NCBI GenBank assembly: GCA_001782825.1
Contig: MFPS01000008.1
Location: 73,012 to 137,011, forward strand
Direction: 5' to 3'
Length of the DNA: 64,000 nucleotides
Source of the DNA: Candidatus Magasanikbacteria bacterium RIFCSPHIGHO2_01_FULL_33_34
Lineage (GTDB): Bacteria > Patescibacteriota > Patescibacteriia > Magasanikbacterales > UBA922
The notes beneath the pieces were generated by a model. The model made no database searches, was not told the origin of the DNA, and worked only from the letters and a program-made list of their open reading frames with translations. The position numbers and the translations under genes are program-made. Shown here one piece after another: positions 48,390-58,300 of this stretch (its first letter is position 1; each line of letters starts with the position of its first letter).

Positions 48390-48509
48390 TGTATTAGTTT
48401 TAATTATTTGTTTTTACTCCCTGCCTGCCGGCAGGCAGGATTCTCGCTTTGGCTCCGAGGTGATTGCCTGTTGTGGCAATCAAATCCGTAAAAAATATAA
48501 TTATTAGAT
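48390..48509. repeat. Structured intergenic repeat, copy B: related to copy A, with an extra 20-bp perfect palindrome (CCTGCCTGCC|GGCAGGCAGG) and a degenerate right arm
   Basis: Core ATTCTCGCTTTGGCTCCGAGGTGATTGCCTGTTGTGGCAATCAAATCCG. The second hairpin is GATTGCC-N6-GGCAATC, a compensatory change relative to copy A. Confidence 0.6.
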
Positions 48510-48548
48510 TTTTATAAGATTATAAACAATTTTAGTAAATTTATAAAT

Positions 48549-49196
48549 ATGTCTATTAAATTGGAACAATCAGAAGAAATAATTCATATTGCAAAAAAAC
48601 ACATGATTGTTTATATGGCGTATTGGTTATTAGCTTTTTTCTTTATAGTTGCGCCATTCTTTTTTATGTTTTGGCTTTTTGGTCAAGGTATTTGGGGTCA
48701 AATTGCTTTTTTTGGTGCATTATTTATTGGCTTGGTTATATTGATAAGGACAATTTTTTTGTGGAATAAAAATTCTGCTATTATAACTACGCATAGAGTG
48801 GTAGATATAGAACAAAGAGGTTTTTTTGATAAAACTGTAACAGAGATACCTTACAGTGAACTTGATTTTGTAGCAGGTAAAATTAAGGGTATAGGTGGCA
48901 CAATACTCCGCTATGGTACTGTCATTATAAATAATCAAGCAGGAACCATGAGTATTGTTTTAGAAAAAGTTAAACATCCGGTTAGATTGCAAGAAAAAAT
49001 AAATAAATATAAAAAAAGTTTTAATGCAGTTTATTCTGACAAAGGTGTGTGCTTAAATTGTAATTCAAAAAGAAATAGTATATTTGAAATAATTGATAAA
49101 AAAATTAAAAAAAGTGAGTTAGAAGAATTAATAAAAATAAAAAGAGCTATTGATATAAAAATTAGCAAATTACTTGAAAATAATAATGACATTTGA
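48549..49196 (+). CDS. Hypothetical membrane protein (2 TM hairpin, possibly bacterial-PH-like) with a C-terminal C-x2-C
   Basis: 215 aa. The TM hairpin is followed by a soluble domain. CLNCNS near the C-terminus. Confidence 0.45.
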   Translation: MSIKLEQSEEIIHIAKKHMIVYMAYWLLAFFFIVAPFFFMFWLFGQGIWGQIAFFGALFIGLVILIRTIFLWNKNSAIITTHRVVDIEQRGFFDKTVTEIPYSELDFVAGKIKGIGGTILRYGTVIINNQAGTMSIVLEKVKHPVRLQEKINKYKKSFNAVYSDKGVCLNCNSKRNSIFEIIDKKIKKSELEELIKIKRAIDIKISKLLENNNDI

Positions 49197-49282
49197 GAAT
49201 AAAATTGGTATAATAAGTTTATTACATAGCAATGTGACTAGCGCTGTTTTGTATATGTATATAGTTTGATAGTTATATTTGT

Positions 49283-49705
49283 ATGAGCAAAGATGCAACA
49301 AAAAATCCAATTGCCAGATTTATTGGTTCACCACTATTTTTGATAATCGGAATCCCAATTGCTATATTGCTTGTTTTTACTTTTGTAAGATCATATTATA
49401 ACAATTACAAAATAAATCAGGAAATAGCCTCTTTACAACAAGAGATAGAATCATTAGAATATAAAAAGCTGGAATCAATGAATATATTGAATTATGTTAT
49501 GAGTGATGACTTTGTTGAAGAAAAAGCTAGAATAGAATTGAATATGAAACGAGAAGGTGAAAAAGTGGTTGTATTTGATAATGGAAACAAGTATAATGAA
49601 GATCGTGAATATACAATAAAGGATACTGGACAAAATATTTCAAATCCGTTAAAATGGTGGTATTATTTTACTAATAAATCATTGCCAAATAATAGGCAAA
49701 ATTAA
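49283..49705 (+). CDS. FtsB/DivIC-like cell-division protein (single TM plus coiled coil)
   Basis: 140 aa. N-terminal TM, then QEIASLQQEIESLEYKKLESM..FVEEKARIELNMK, typical of septum formation initiator proteins. Confidence 0.55.
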   Translation: MSKDATKNPIARFIGSPLFLIIGIPIAILLVFTFVRSYYNNYKINQEIASLQQEIESLEYKKLESMNILNYVMSDDFVEEKARIELNMKREGEKVVVFDNGNKYNEDREYTIKDTGQNISNPLKWWYYFTNKSLPNNRQN

Positions 49706-49725
49706 TGACTTAATGTATAAAATAT

Positions 49726-50805
49726 ATGGAAGAACAAAAAGAAGAAGCTTTGTCAAAAACAAATAAAAATGAACAAGTTAAATGGAAATTTTTCCTTATG
49801 GGTATTGCAGTAATTGTGGTATTAATAGGAATTTTTGGGGTGGTCTATACAGTTATAGCAGTTAGAAATCTTTCTACTTCACCAACTGTACTCAAAGTTG
49901 CAGAAGTTTTGAATTTGCCAGTTTTGCGTGTAAATGGATCAGCTATTCCATATGTTACTTATATGGATGATTTGTCAACATTAAATGAATTCTATAGTAA
50001 GGCTCCAGAAGGTGCAGTGCCACCATCAGGTGAAGCTGTATCTGATCAAGTTTTGAGTAGATTGATTGTAAATTCATTGATAAAAGATATTGCTAGAGAA
50101 AATCAATTGACTGTAACAGAAGAAGACATTCAAAAGTTGAAAGATGAAATTTTTGCTCAGTATGCCTCTGAAGCTGAGGTAGAAGTTGAATTGCAAGAAC
50201 AATATGGTTGGGATATGGCAACTTATATTGAAAAAATTATTAAACCATTGGTGACCGAACAAAAAGTTTCAGAAGCTTTTGAAGCCGGTGAAATCAATGT
50301 TGGCGACGAAGTTTATCAATTGACTGATGAAGTGAGAGCAAGTCATATATTATTTAGGACAGATGAAGAAGGTGTAGATTTGGACGATGTTAAGAAAAAT
50401 GCGGAAGAAGTATTAGCGAGAGCTAAGAGTGGGGAAGATTTTGCATCTTTGGCGACTGAATTTGGATCGGACGCAACCAAAGAGGTTGGTGGTGATCTTG
50501 GTTGGTTTGGACAAGGTATGATGGTACCAGAATTTGAAGGTCCAGCTTTTTCAACACCAGTTGGTCAAGTCAACGATCAGCTTGTAGAGACACAATTTGG
50601 TTATCATATAATCAAGGTTACAGACAAGAGAAGTGTGAGAAACTTTGGTGAGTATCTAGATAATAGAATTAATGATGCAAAAATTGAGATTCTCATTGAC
50701 AAAGTTCATGATCCATTAGAAGAATACAGAAGACTACAGGCTTTGAATAATACAACTCAAGAGAATTCAGCTCAAGATGTAATAGTTGAGGAAGTGGTTG
50801 AATAA
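49726..50805 (+). CDS. Membrane-anchored parvulin-type peptidyl-prolyl isomerase (PrsA/SurA-like)
   Basis: 359 aa. N-terminal TM. Parvulin core ASHILF...GGDLGWFGQGMMVPEFEGPAFS...GYHIIKV. Confidence 0.8.
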   Translation: MEEQKEEALSKTNKNEQVKWKFFLMGIAVIVVLIGIFGVVYTVIAVRNLSTSPTVLKVAEVLNLPVLRVNGSAIPYVTYMDDLSTLNEFYSKAPEGAVPPSGEAVSDQVLSRLIVNSLIKDIARENQLTVTEEDIQKLKDEIFAQYASEAEVEVELQEQYGWDMATYIEKIIKPLVTEQKVSEAFEAGEINVGDEVYQLTDEVRASHILFRTDEEGVDLDDVKKNAEEVLARAKSGEDFASLATEFGSDATKEVGGDLGWFGQGMMVPEFEGPAFSTPVGQVNDQLVETQFGYHIIKVTDKRSVRNFGEYLDNRINDAKIEILIDKVHDPLEEYRRLQALNNTTQENSAQDVIVEEVVE

Positions 50806-50835
50806 ATTAGTTTATATAATTTATAATTAATCTTT

Positions 50836-51063
50836 ATGCCTGAAGTAGATAGTAATATAAAGCAAGAAGTAGTTTTGGATAATGTAATTATTGAAGAAAT
50901 TAAAAAAAGAGAAGAAGAGGAAAAAAGAAGAAAAGGAGAAATACAACCAACTGTACCAGCTGATGATCCACGTGATATACCGCCATCTGAAAGAAAAAAA
51001 GATGATGATAAAAAGCCAAACGATGATGATAAAGATAGGGGTGTTTGGGAGACTGATATATAG
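50836..51063 (+). CDS. Hypothetical small Lys/Glu/Asp-rich protein (75 aa)
   Basis: Purine-rich, low-complexity ORF. An alternative frame (50891-51073) is also open, so coding status is uncertain. Confidence 0.3.
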   Translation: MPEVDSNIKQEVVLDNVIIEEIKKREEEEKRRKGEIQPTVPADDPRDIPPSERKKDDDKKPNDDDKDRGVWETDI

Positions 51064-51120
51064 TAGTAATTAAAATTATTTACAAATAAACACAATCCTA
51101 TAAAAGGATTGTGTTTATTT

Positions 51121-51193
51121 GCCCTCTTAGCTCAGTTGGCAGAGCAACACATTCGTAACGTGTAGGTCACCAGTTCGATTCTGGTAGAGGGCT
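51121..51193 (+). tRNA. tRNA-Thr(CGU)
   Basis: GCCCUCUUAGCUCAGUUGGCAGAGCAACACAUUCGUAACGUGUAGGUCACCAGUUCGAUUCUGGUAGAGGGCU. Anticodon loop UUCGUAA. Confidence 0.85.
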
Positions 51194-51265
51194 CAACTAT
51201 ACAAAAATAATATTTTTTGTTTTCAAATAATATGTTATAATATATAACATATTATATATTCAATT

Positions 51266-51946
51266 ATGATTAATCTTGAGGGAGTTTCAAAAAGATACAA
51301 CAAACAAAGCATAGCACTGGATGATATCCATTTGAATGTTGAACCTGGTGAGTTTGTTTCTGTTGTGGGACAGAGTGGTTCTGGAAAAACAACTTTGGTG
51401 AAGCTTATTATTGCAGAAGAACGGGCTAGTAGTGGAAAAGTGGCGGTAGGCGATTGGGATATTACTCGTATACCTGATAGGCATATACCATTACTTCGTC
51501 GTCAAATTGGCGTTATTTTTCAGGATTTCAAATTACTCAACAAAAAAACCATTTACGAAAATGTAGCTTTTGCTTTGCAAGTCTCTGGAGAATCAGGTTC
51601 ACGTATTCGTACTGTTATTCCGCGTTTATTGGAGATTGTTGGTTTACCACATAAAATTCATGCTTATCCTCATGAGTTGTCTGGTGGAGAACAACAGAGA
51701 GTAGCTATTGCTCGCGCGCTTGTGCATAGACCAAAGATATTGGTGGCAGATGAACCAACTGGAAATCTGGATACCATTAATACACAAGATATAATGGAAA
51801 TTTTAAAAAAAATAAATGAATTTGGAACTACAGTCGTATTAGTAACTCACAATCGTGAAATTGTAAACCAACTTCGCAAAAGAGTGGTTACTTTGGATCA
51901 CGGCAAATTAGTTTCAGATGAACAAATAGGAAAATATAGATTATAA
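51266..51946 (+). CDS. ftsE: Cell-division ABC transporter ATP-binding protein FtsE
   Basis: 226 aa. GQSGSGKTT, LSGGEQQRVAIARAL, and ILVADEPTGNLD. Confidence 0.9.
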   Translation: MINLEGVSKRYNKQSIALDDIHLNVEPGEFVSVVGQSGSGKTTLVKLIIAEERASSGKVAVGDWDITRIPDRHIPLLRRQIGVIFQDFKLLNKKTIYENVAFALQVSGESGSRIRTVIPRLLEIVGLPHKIHAYPHELSGGEQQRVAIARALVHRPKILVADEPTGNLDTINTQDIMEILKKINEFGTTVVLVTHNREIVNQLRKRVVTLDHGKLVSDEQIGKYRL

Positions 51947-51955
51947 TATTTTATT

Positions 51956-52864
51956 ATGAGATCATTTTTTAGAGCCATAAAATTCGCGTTTCAAGATATT
52001 TTTCGCAATATTAGTCTTTCTTTAATGACAGTACTTATTTTGGTTTTGATGTTGTTATCTGTCAATACTTTGATTATTATCAAATTTTTTACTTCACAAG
52101 CTACACAATCAGTCAAAGATCAAATTGATGTCAGTATTTTCTTTGCGCATACTGCATCAGACGAAGAAATTGATGAAGTACAGAGTTATATAAAATCATT
52201 TCCTGAAGTTAGTAATGTTGAATATTTTAGCAAAGATCAAGTATTGGAAGATTTCAAAGCAAAATATTCTGACAATGAAAATATTATAGCTTCTATTGAA
52301 GAATTGGATGAAAATCCACTTGGACCAACTATGATTGTCAAAACTAGAAATCCAGGTGATTATAATAAACTTATTACTGCACTTAGTGTACCTGAATACC
52401 AAGATATTGTGGTTGCAAAAACTTTTGTAGATACTGAATTGGCGATTGAGAGAATAGACAATATCACCACTCAAGTTGAAAGGTTTAGTGTCATATTGAC
52501 TGGATTGTTTGGTGTAATTGCATTTTTGATTATTTTCAATACCATCAGGGTAGCTATATACACCCAAAGAATTGAAATTACTATCAAAAAATTGGTTGGG
52601 GCTACAAATTGGTTTATCCGTAGTCCATATATCATAGAATCATTTATTTTTACGGTGTTTAGTGTGGGTATTACATATTTCTTGATGAAATTTGCGGCTG
52701 GCCTTATAGATCCGTATGTAGCCGTGGTTTTCAAGAAAGAATGGCTATTGACAGATTACCTAACTTCCAATATAATTGTCCTCGTAGGTAGCCAATTTTT
52801 AGCAGTTTTGTTGTTAACAATTTTCTCTAGTTTTCTCGCAATGAGAAGACATTTGAAAGCCTAA
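51956..52864 (+). CDS. ftsX: Cell-division ABC transporter permease FtsX
   Basis: 302 aa. N-terminal TM, a periplasmic domain, then 3 C-terminal TM. Directly follows ftsE. Confidence 0.85.
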   Translation: MRSFFRAIKFAFQDIFRNISLSLMTVLILVLMLLSVNTLIIIKFFTSQATQSVKDQIDVSIFFAHTASDEEIDEVQSYIKSFPEVSNVEYFSKDQVLEDFKAKYSDNENIIASIEELDENPLGPTMIVKTRNPGDYNKLITALSVPEYQDIVVAKTFVDTELAIERIDNITTQVERFSVILTGLFGVIAFLIIFNTIRVAIYTQRIEITIKKLVGATNWFIRSPYIIESFIFTVFSVGITYFLMKFAAGLIDPYVAVVFKKEWLLTDYLTSNIIVLVGSQFLAVLLLTIFSSFLAMRRHLKA

Positions 52865-52867
52865 AAT

Positions 52868-52950
52868 AGCAGAATAGGCAGAGTAAGCGGATTAAGCAAG
52901 GTAAGTATTTACTTATTTTGTCTATTCTGCTTACTCTGCTTAATTTGCCA
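52868..52950. repeat. Phased 9-10-bp repeats (AGCAGAATAG|GCAGAGTAAG|CGGATTAAG|CAAGGTAAG) followed by their inverted copies (TCTATTCTG|CTTACTCTG|CTTAAT), forming a long imperfect hairpin downstream of ftsX
   Basis: Seen directly. The 12-mer GGCAGAGTAAGC recurs at 63469-63480, and related units occur at 63728-63770. Confidence 0.45.
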
Positions 52951-52964
52951 CACAGTCGGGGATC

Positions 52965-53035
52965 GTCTAACGGTAGGACTCTAGGTTTTGGTCCTAGGTA
53001 TCCAGGTTCGAATCCTGGTCCCCGAGCAACAAAAA
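52965..53035 (+). tRNA. tRNA-Gln(UUG)
   Basis: UCGGGGAUCGUCUAACGGUAGGACUCUAGGUUUUGGUCCUAGGUAUCCAGGUUCGAAUCCUGGUCCCCGAG. Anticodon loop UUUUGGU. The acceptor and D-arm are identical to the Gln(CUG) gene at 14200-14270. Confidence 0.85.
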
Positions 53036-53039
53036 AGAT

Positions 53040-53066
53040 CCATATGGATCTTTTTTGAGTTATTAA
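53040..53066 (+). terminator. Terminator after tRNA-Gln (AGATCCATATGGATCT palindrome plus T6)
   Basis: aaaaaAGATCCATATGGATCTtttttt. Confidence 0.6.
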
Positions 53067-53119
53067 ATAGTGTATATAATTAAATTTTTTTTAAAAAAAT
53101 GTTATAATATATTTATAAT

Positions 53120-53377
53120 TTGAAATTTATGACAAAAAAGATTGCTAATGGTGTAGTACACAAAGTTCCAATTGATTTGCGAAAAGCATTGGTTTCTGAT
53201 ATTGATTTGCTTGAAAAATGGAATGATTTGACGCAATTGGCGCGTAATGAGTGGATATGCTGGACTATATCGGTCAAAAAAATAGAAACCAGAGTTAAAC
53301 ATATTGATAGACTTTGTTTTGAAGTAAATAAAGGTAAGCGTAGACCATGTTGTTGGCCTGGTTGTAATCATCGTTAA
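53120..53377 (+). CDS. Small protein resembling the YdeI/OmpD-associated (OmdA) family
   Basis: 85 aa. PIDLRKALVSDIDLLEKWNDLTQLARNEWICWTISVKKIETRVKHIDR fits the P-x-DL-x-AL ... L-x4-R-x-E-(Y/W)-x-x-W-(I/T) ... K-x-x-E-T-R pattern of that family as I recall it. Confidence 0.45.
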   Translation: MKFMTKKIANGVVHKVPIDLRKALVSDIDLLEKWNDLTQLARNEWICWTISVKKIETRVKHIDRLCFEVNKGKRRPCCWPGCNHR

Positions 53378-53590
53378 AATATTTTATATTATAGTATATT
53401 TGATAATTCATACAAAAATACAATGAAAATTATAAAAGACAATTGAAATGTTGATTATAATCATGGTGGTTATGAATTTATTATACTTAATAAGTTGATT
53501 GTCCACAATTAAAAGAGTACCATTTTTGGTATTTTTTATTAGTATTTAATATTTTTGGCAAAATATAGCCAAATTTATATATATTTCATC

Positions 53591-53619
53591 TTGACAAAAA
53601 CGCAAATTTGTGCTATTAT
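53591..53619 (+). promoter_or_regulatory. Putative promoter TTGACA, 17 bp, TATTAT (TGn-extended) for the RND efflux operon
   Basis: TTGACAaaaacgcaaatttgtgcTATTAT, ending 29 nt before the MFP start codon. Confidence 0.5.
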
Positions 53620-53648
53620 GCGAGATCATAAAGTATTAACTAATATAT

Positions 53649-55397
53649 ATGTTTTTTAGAAGAAAATCGTTTTATATCAAGTATAAAAAAGTTTTAATTG
53701 TAGTGGGTATAATATTGGTTGTAGTGGTAGTTGGTTTCCGTAATTTTAGTCAAAAAAATGATAAAAAATCAGTAGAAGAAACTAATCAGTCAGTTAGTTT
53801 GATTTCTTTGCAAGAATATAAGCAAAATAGTGCTGTAGTAAAAGGTACTGGAGAAGTGGAAGCAGTTGATCAAGTTGAATTGAAAAGTGAAGTTTCAGCT
53901 ACAGTCAGTAGTGTGCTTGTCTCTATTGGGGACAAAGTAGTTGCTGGTCAGCCACTTGTTTATTTTAAAAATGGTGAGTTAGCTTCTCAATACGAACAAG
54001 CAAAAGCTGATTTAGAAAGAGCAAAAGTTAGCAAAGAGCAACTTGAATTTCAATACCAAATGGCGATGTCGTCTCAGTCTAGGACTGAATCAAATGCTTT
54101 GAGTGCAATTACATCTGCGCAGGCTGCTTATGATTTGGCTGAAAATAATTTACAATTAAATTCAACAGAAAGTTCAAGTAAGATAGTAAAAAAATCATAT
54201 GATACTGTTGTACCAATAATAAAAACATTTTATAGTACTTTGCGCACTTCATTGTTGGATGCTGATTCAATATTAGGTATAAAAGTTGTTTCGGCTAATG
54301 ATAAATACAAAAATAAAATTTCACTCAATGATGTTGGTGCTTTGAATATTGCTGATTCACAATTCAAAAGAGCTTCTGTAAAAATAGATGATATATATGA
54401 TTTGATTACAAATCTTTCTATAGATTCAAATCAAGTAGAAATTGATAATGCTATTATGGGAATAAATGATGCTCTGGGTAGTATAGATATTCTTTGGGAT
54501 AATTTAGATGTAGTTTTGAGCAACTCTACAGGATCAGATATATTTGATTCATTGAAAGTAGTGGTAGATGCAGGTAACAATGATGTAGTGAATGTTTCAA
54601 CTGGGCTGGTAAATGTAAGACAAACTCTTGATAATGCAAAATCAAGTTTAACTGGGGTTGAAATTACATATAATAAAGCAATTGAAGATTTGAAAGAAAC
54701 AAAAATACGTGCTGAAGCTGATGTAAATTCATCTCTTGCACAATTGAATCAAGCAGAGACAGCTATTCGTATGCAAGATACTGCTATTGCACGAGCTCAG
54801 GCTGTTGTAAATGGTATTGGTTCATCTCTTTTAAAAACAACGATTAAAAGTCCTATTTCAGGAACGGTTGCTGTGCTTCCAGCTAAAGCAGGAGAATTAA
54901 TAACACCAGGGAGTTTGGTTGCGTCTATTGTGAATGTTAGTGGATTACAGATTAGGTCTTTTGTGGATAGCAGTGATGTTAGCAAAGTTTCAGTAAATGC
55001 GCCGGTTGTTATAGCTGGTAATATTAAAGGCGTGGTTACAAATGTTGCTCCTAGTATTGATCCTAAAACAAGAAAAGTAGAAGTATTGGTTGCTGTTTCT
55101 GAGCCAGAGCTATCAAAATTTGTAGTTGGTCAATATGTTGATATTGACATAGAAGAAATTACAAAAGAAGAAGATAATAATATAATTAGATTGCCATTGA
55201 AGAGTATTGATGTGACAGACAATGGTGCTTTTGTGTTTGGATTGAATAATGAAAATATAGTTGAAAAACATGAAGTAGTACTTAGTCGTGTGATAGGCAC
55301 TGATGTTGAAGTGATTTCTGGATTGGAAAATATTGAGACGATTATAAAATCTGTTCGTGGTATAAAAGAAGGGGATAAAGTGGATATAATAAAATAA
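53649..55397 (+). CDS. Efflux transporter periplasmic adaptor (membrane fusion protein, HlyD/AcrA family), unusually long with an extended coiled-coil hairpin
   Basis: 582 aa. N-terminal TM, a biotinyl/lipoyl-like half (VKGTGEVEAVDQVELKSEVSATVSSVLVSIGDKVVAGQPLV), long helical repeats, and beta-barrel and MP domains at the C-terminus. Confidence 0.75.
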   Translation: MFFRRKSFYIKYKKVLIVVGIILVVVVVGFRNFSQKNDKKSVEETNQSVSLISLQEYKQNSAVVKGTGEVEAVDQVELKSEVSATVSSVLVSIGDKVVAGQPLVYFKNGELASQYEQAKADLERAKVSKEQLEFQYQMAMSSQSRTESNALSAITSAQAAYDLAENNLQLNSTESSSKIVKKSYDTVVPIIKTFYSTLRTSLLDADSILGIKVVSANDKYKNKISLNDVGALNIADSQFKRASVKIDDIYDLITNLSIDSNQVEIDNAIMGINDALGSIDILWDNLDVVLSNSTGSDIFDSLKVVVDAGNNDVVNVSTGLVNVRQTLDNAKSSLTGVEITYNKAIEDLKETKIRAEADVNSSLAQLNQAETAIRMQDTAIARAQAVVNGIGSSLLKTTIKSPISGTVAVLPAKAGELITPGSLVASIVNVSGLQIRSFVDSSDVSKVSVNAPVVIAGNIKGVVTNVAPSIDPKTRKVEVLVAVSEPELSKFVVGQYVDIDIEEITKEEDNNIIRLPLKSIDVTDNGAFVFGLNNENIVEKHEVVLSRVIGTDVEVISGLENIETIIKSVRGIKEGDKVDIIK

Positions 55398-55399
55398 TT

Positions 55400-58300
55400 A
55401 TGCCAAAAGACAAAACATTTTGGTCATTTTTCATTGACAATGCAAAATTTACTATTCTGATTATAATTGCCTTGGTTGGTTTTGGTATTATTTCTGCTGT
55501 TGAACTTCCTAAAGAATCTGATCCAGAAGTGAATATTCCAATTGTAGTTATTTCTGTAGGTTTTCCTGGTGCTGGAGTAGAGGAGGTTGAAGAATTGATT
55601 ACAAATAAAATAGAAAATAAACTTTCTGGTTTGACAGATGTAGATGTGATGAGATCAACCTCAATAGCAGGGAATTCAAGTACAGTAATTGAGTTTGATC
55701 CAAAAGCCGATGCTGATAAATTGATTGATGAAATCAAAGAAAAGGTTGATCAGTTGAAACCAAATTTGCCAGATGATGCGACTGATCCATATATCGCCCA
55801 AGCAAGTACATCCAATCAACCTTTTTTGATATTGTCTTTGGGTGGGCCATATGAAACTGCGCAATTAAAAGCTTATGCGGTAGAGTTAGAAAATAAGATT
55901 GAGAAGATTAATGGAGTAAGTGATGTGACAGTAACTGGAGGAAAAGATAGAGAAATTCAAGTGATTGTAGATAAAGCCAAATTAAATACATTTGGATTAC
56001 CATTGTCTAATATAACTTATGCAATTAGTTCAGCTAATAATGATATACCAATTGGTTCAATTCAAACCGCAGGTGAAGAATATCGTTTGAGATTTGCTGG
56101 ACGATTGAGTAATGCAGAAGAAATTTCAACTGTGCCGGTTGGTGTGGTTGGAGGTGTTCCGGTTTTGGTGCGTGATATTGCTGAAGTTCGTGATACATTT
56201 TCTAATCCATCTAGTTATTCATATTTGAGTAAAGCTGGTGGAAAGGCTAATCCGGCAGTTACATTGAGTATTTTAAAAACTCAAGGTGGTGATATAACAA
56301 AAATTTCTGATGAAATTATTGTTGTGGCAAATAAAATAGTAAAAGAAAATTTTCCAGAAAATATCACAGTTGAGCCAATTCAAGATACAGCTGAATATAT
56401 TCGCGAAGATCTTGGTAATCTCACAAAAAATGGAATTGCGACAGTTGTCATAGTTACCTTATTATTAATACTTTTTATTGGTTGGAAAGAAGCGTTGATG
56501 GCTGGTTTTTCTATTCCATTGGCATTTTTGATGACTTTTATTGGTTTGTTGATATTTGGTTTTACAATCAATTTTATTACATTATTTTCATTAATTTTGG
56601 CATTGGGTATTTTGGTGGATAGTACAATTGTGATTAATCAAGGACTAAATAAGCATAGACGACTTGGAAAAACTTCTAGACAATCAGCCATAGATACGAT
56701 AAAAGAATTTCAATACCCACTTATATCAGGGACTTTGACAACAGTGTTTGCATTTATACCAATGCTTTTGACTGGTGGAATTATGGGTGAATATATAAAA
56801 ACAATCCCAGTAACAGTTTCACTTGTACTGGTATCTTCTTTATTTATTGCGCTTGCTATTGTACCGACTCTTAGTGTTATTTTTTTCAAAAAGAATGATA
56901 TAGTAAATGGTCAGGTTGAATTCAGTGTGTCAAAATTTGAAAAATATTTTCAAACTTTGCGTTTATGGTATGCAAAGCAATTAAAAAATATATTAGAAAA
57001 TAAATTAACTAGAAAAAAAATAAAAAGAATATTAATAGTAGCAATTATTTTTGCGTATGCTTTACCAATAACAGGTTTGTTGAAAGTTGAGATGTTTCCA
57101 GCTAGCGATATTGATTTTTTTACAATTAATTTAGAGAAGCCTTTTGGAACTCCGCTTGAAGAAACTAGAGATTCTTTGATATTGCTTGCAGAAGATTTAT
57201 ATGATGATAATAGAATTGATAATTTTATTATTGGTGTGGGCTCAACTATGAGTTATGATATGGCTGGTGGATCAAATGGTTCACATTTGGGATATGTTTT
57301 AATAAATTTAAAAAAAGAAAATAAAGAAAAAAGTTATAAAGTGGTTGATGGCTATGCAGATTATTTCAAGAATTTTTCTGAAGGTAAAGTGAGTGTATCA
57401 CAACCAAGTTCTGGACCACCTGGATCTGCACCAGTGGAAATAAAAATTATTGGTGAAGATATGTATGAGCTTGATCGTATTGCGCATGATTTTGAAAATC
57501 TTCTTGGTAGTATTGATGGAACAAGAAATATAGGTAATTCTGTAATTCAGACAAATGGTCAGTTCGTGGTAGAAGTTGATAGAATACGCGCGCAACAATA
57601 TGGTGTAAATGCAACTCAACTGGCTTTGGAGCTTCGTAATGCGATTAATGGAACACAGGCAACAGAGATTAGTCAAGCAGGTGAGGATGTAGATGTCATT
57701 GTAAAATATGATTTGAGTCATGGTGGAGAAATGAATACAACTATCACAGATATTTCTACTATTGAAGCTTTGAGTATTGCAACACCTACTGGGGACATAC
57801 CAGTAAGTAGCTTGGCAAAATTTAGCTTAGAAAACAGTAGGGCAAGTATTGCTCATGAAAATGGTGAGAGAATTGTAAAAGTATCTAGTCAATTAGAGAC
57901 TAATATTAGTCCATTAGATGTAATCTCTAAAGTTAAGTTATTGATGGAAGATAAAATTGATATACCGGATGAATATTATATTTCATTTGGTGGTGAAAAT
58001 GAGGATGTACAGGAATCATTTTCAGATATGTTGCGTGCTATGATTTTATCTATAATTTTGATTGCTGGACTTATGGTTTTGCAATTCAAGTCATTCCGCC
58101 AATCGCTTTTGATTGTAGTTACTATTCCATTTTCTCTAGTGGGTGTTTTTCCTGGACTTCTTTTGATGGGTCAATCTATTAGTTTTCCAGGTGTGATCGG
58201 GATTGTTGCATTAGTCGGGATTGTGGTGAATAATGCAATTATTTTGATAGATAGAATTAATAATAATGTATACGAAGGTATGGATATTGATTCAGCAATT

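Noticed and set aside
46893-48509. Interpreting the two structured repeats as integron attC sites, with the Mur ligase gene as a cassette.
   Set aside because: No integrase gene, no attI, and the arms lack the canonical R''/L'' and L'/R' core sequences (RYYYAAC / GTTRRRY). Only the cassette-like topology fits.
50891-51073. Alternative +2-frame ORF (MKKLKKEKKRKKEEKEKYNQ...) across the same purine-rich DNA as the 50836-51063 ORF.
   Set aside because: Both frames are open only because the DNA is a GAA/AAG-rich low-complexity tract. The 50836 frame is listed with low confidence and the other was dropped. Possibly neither is coding.
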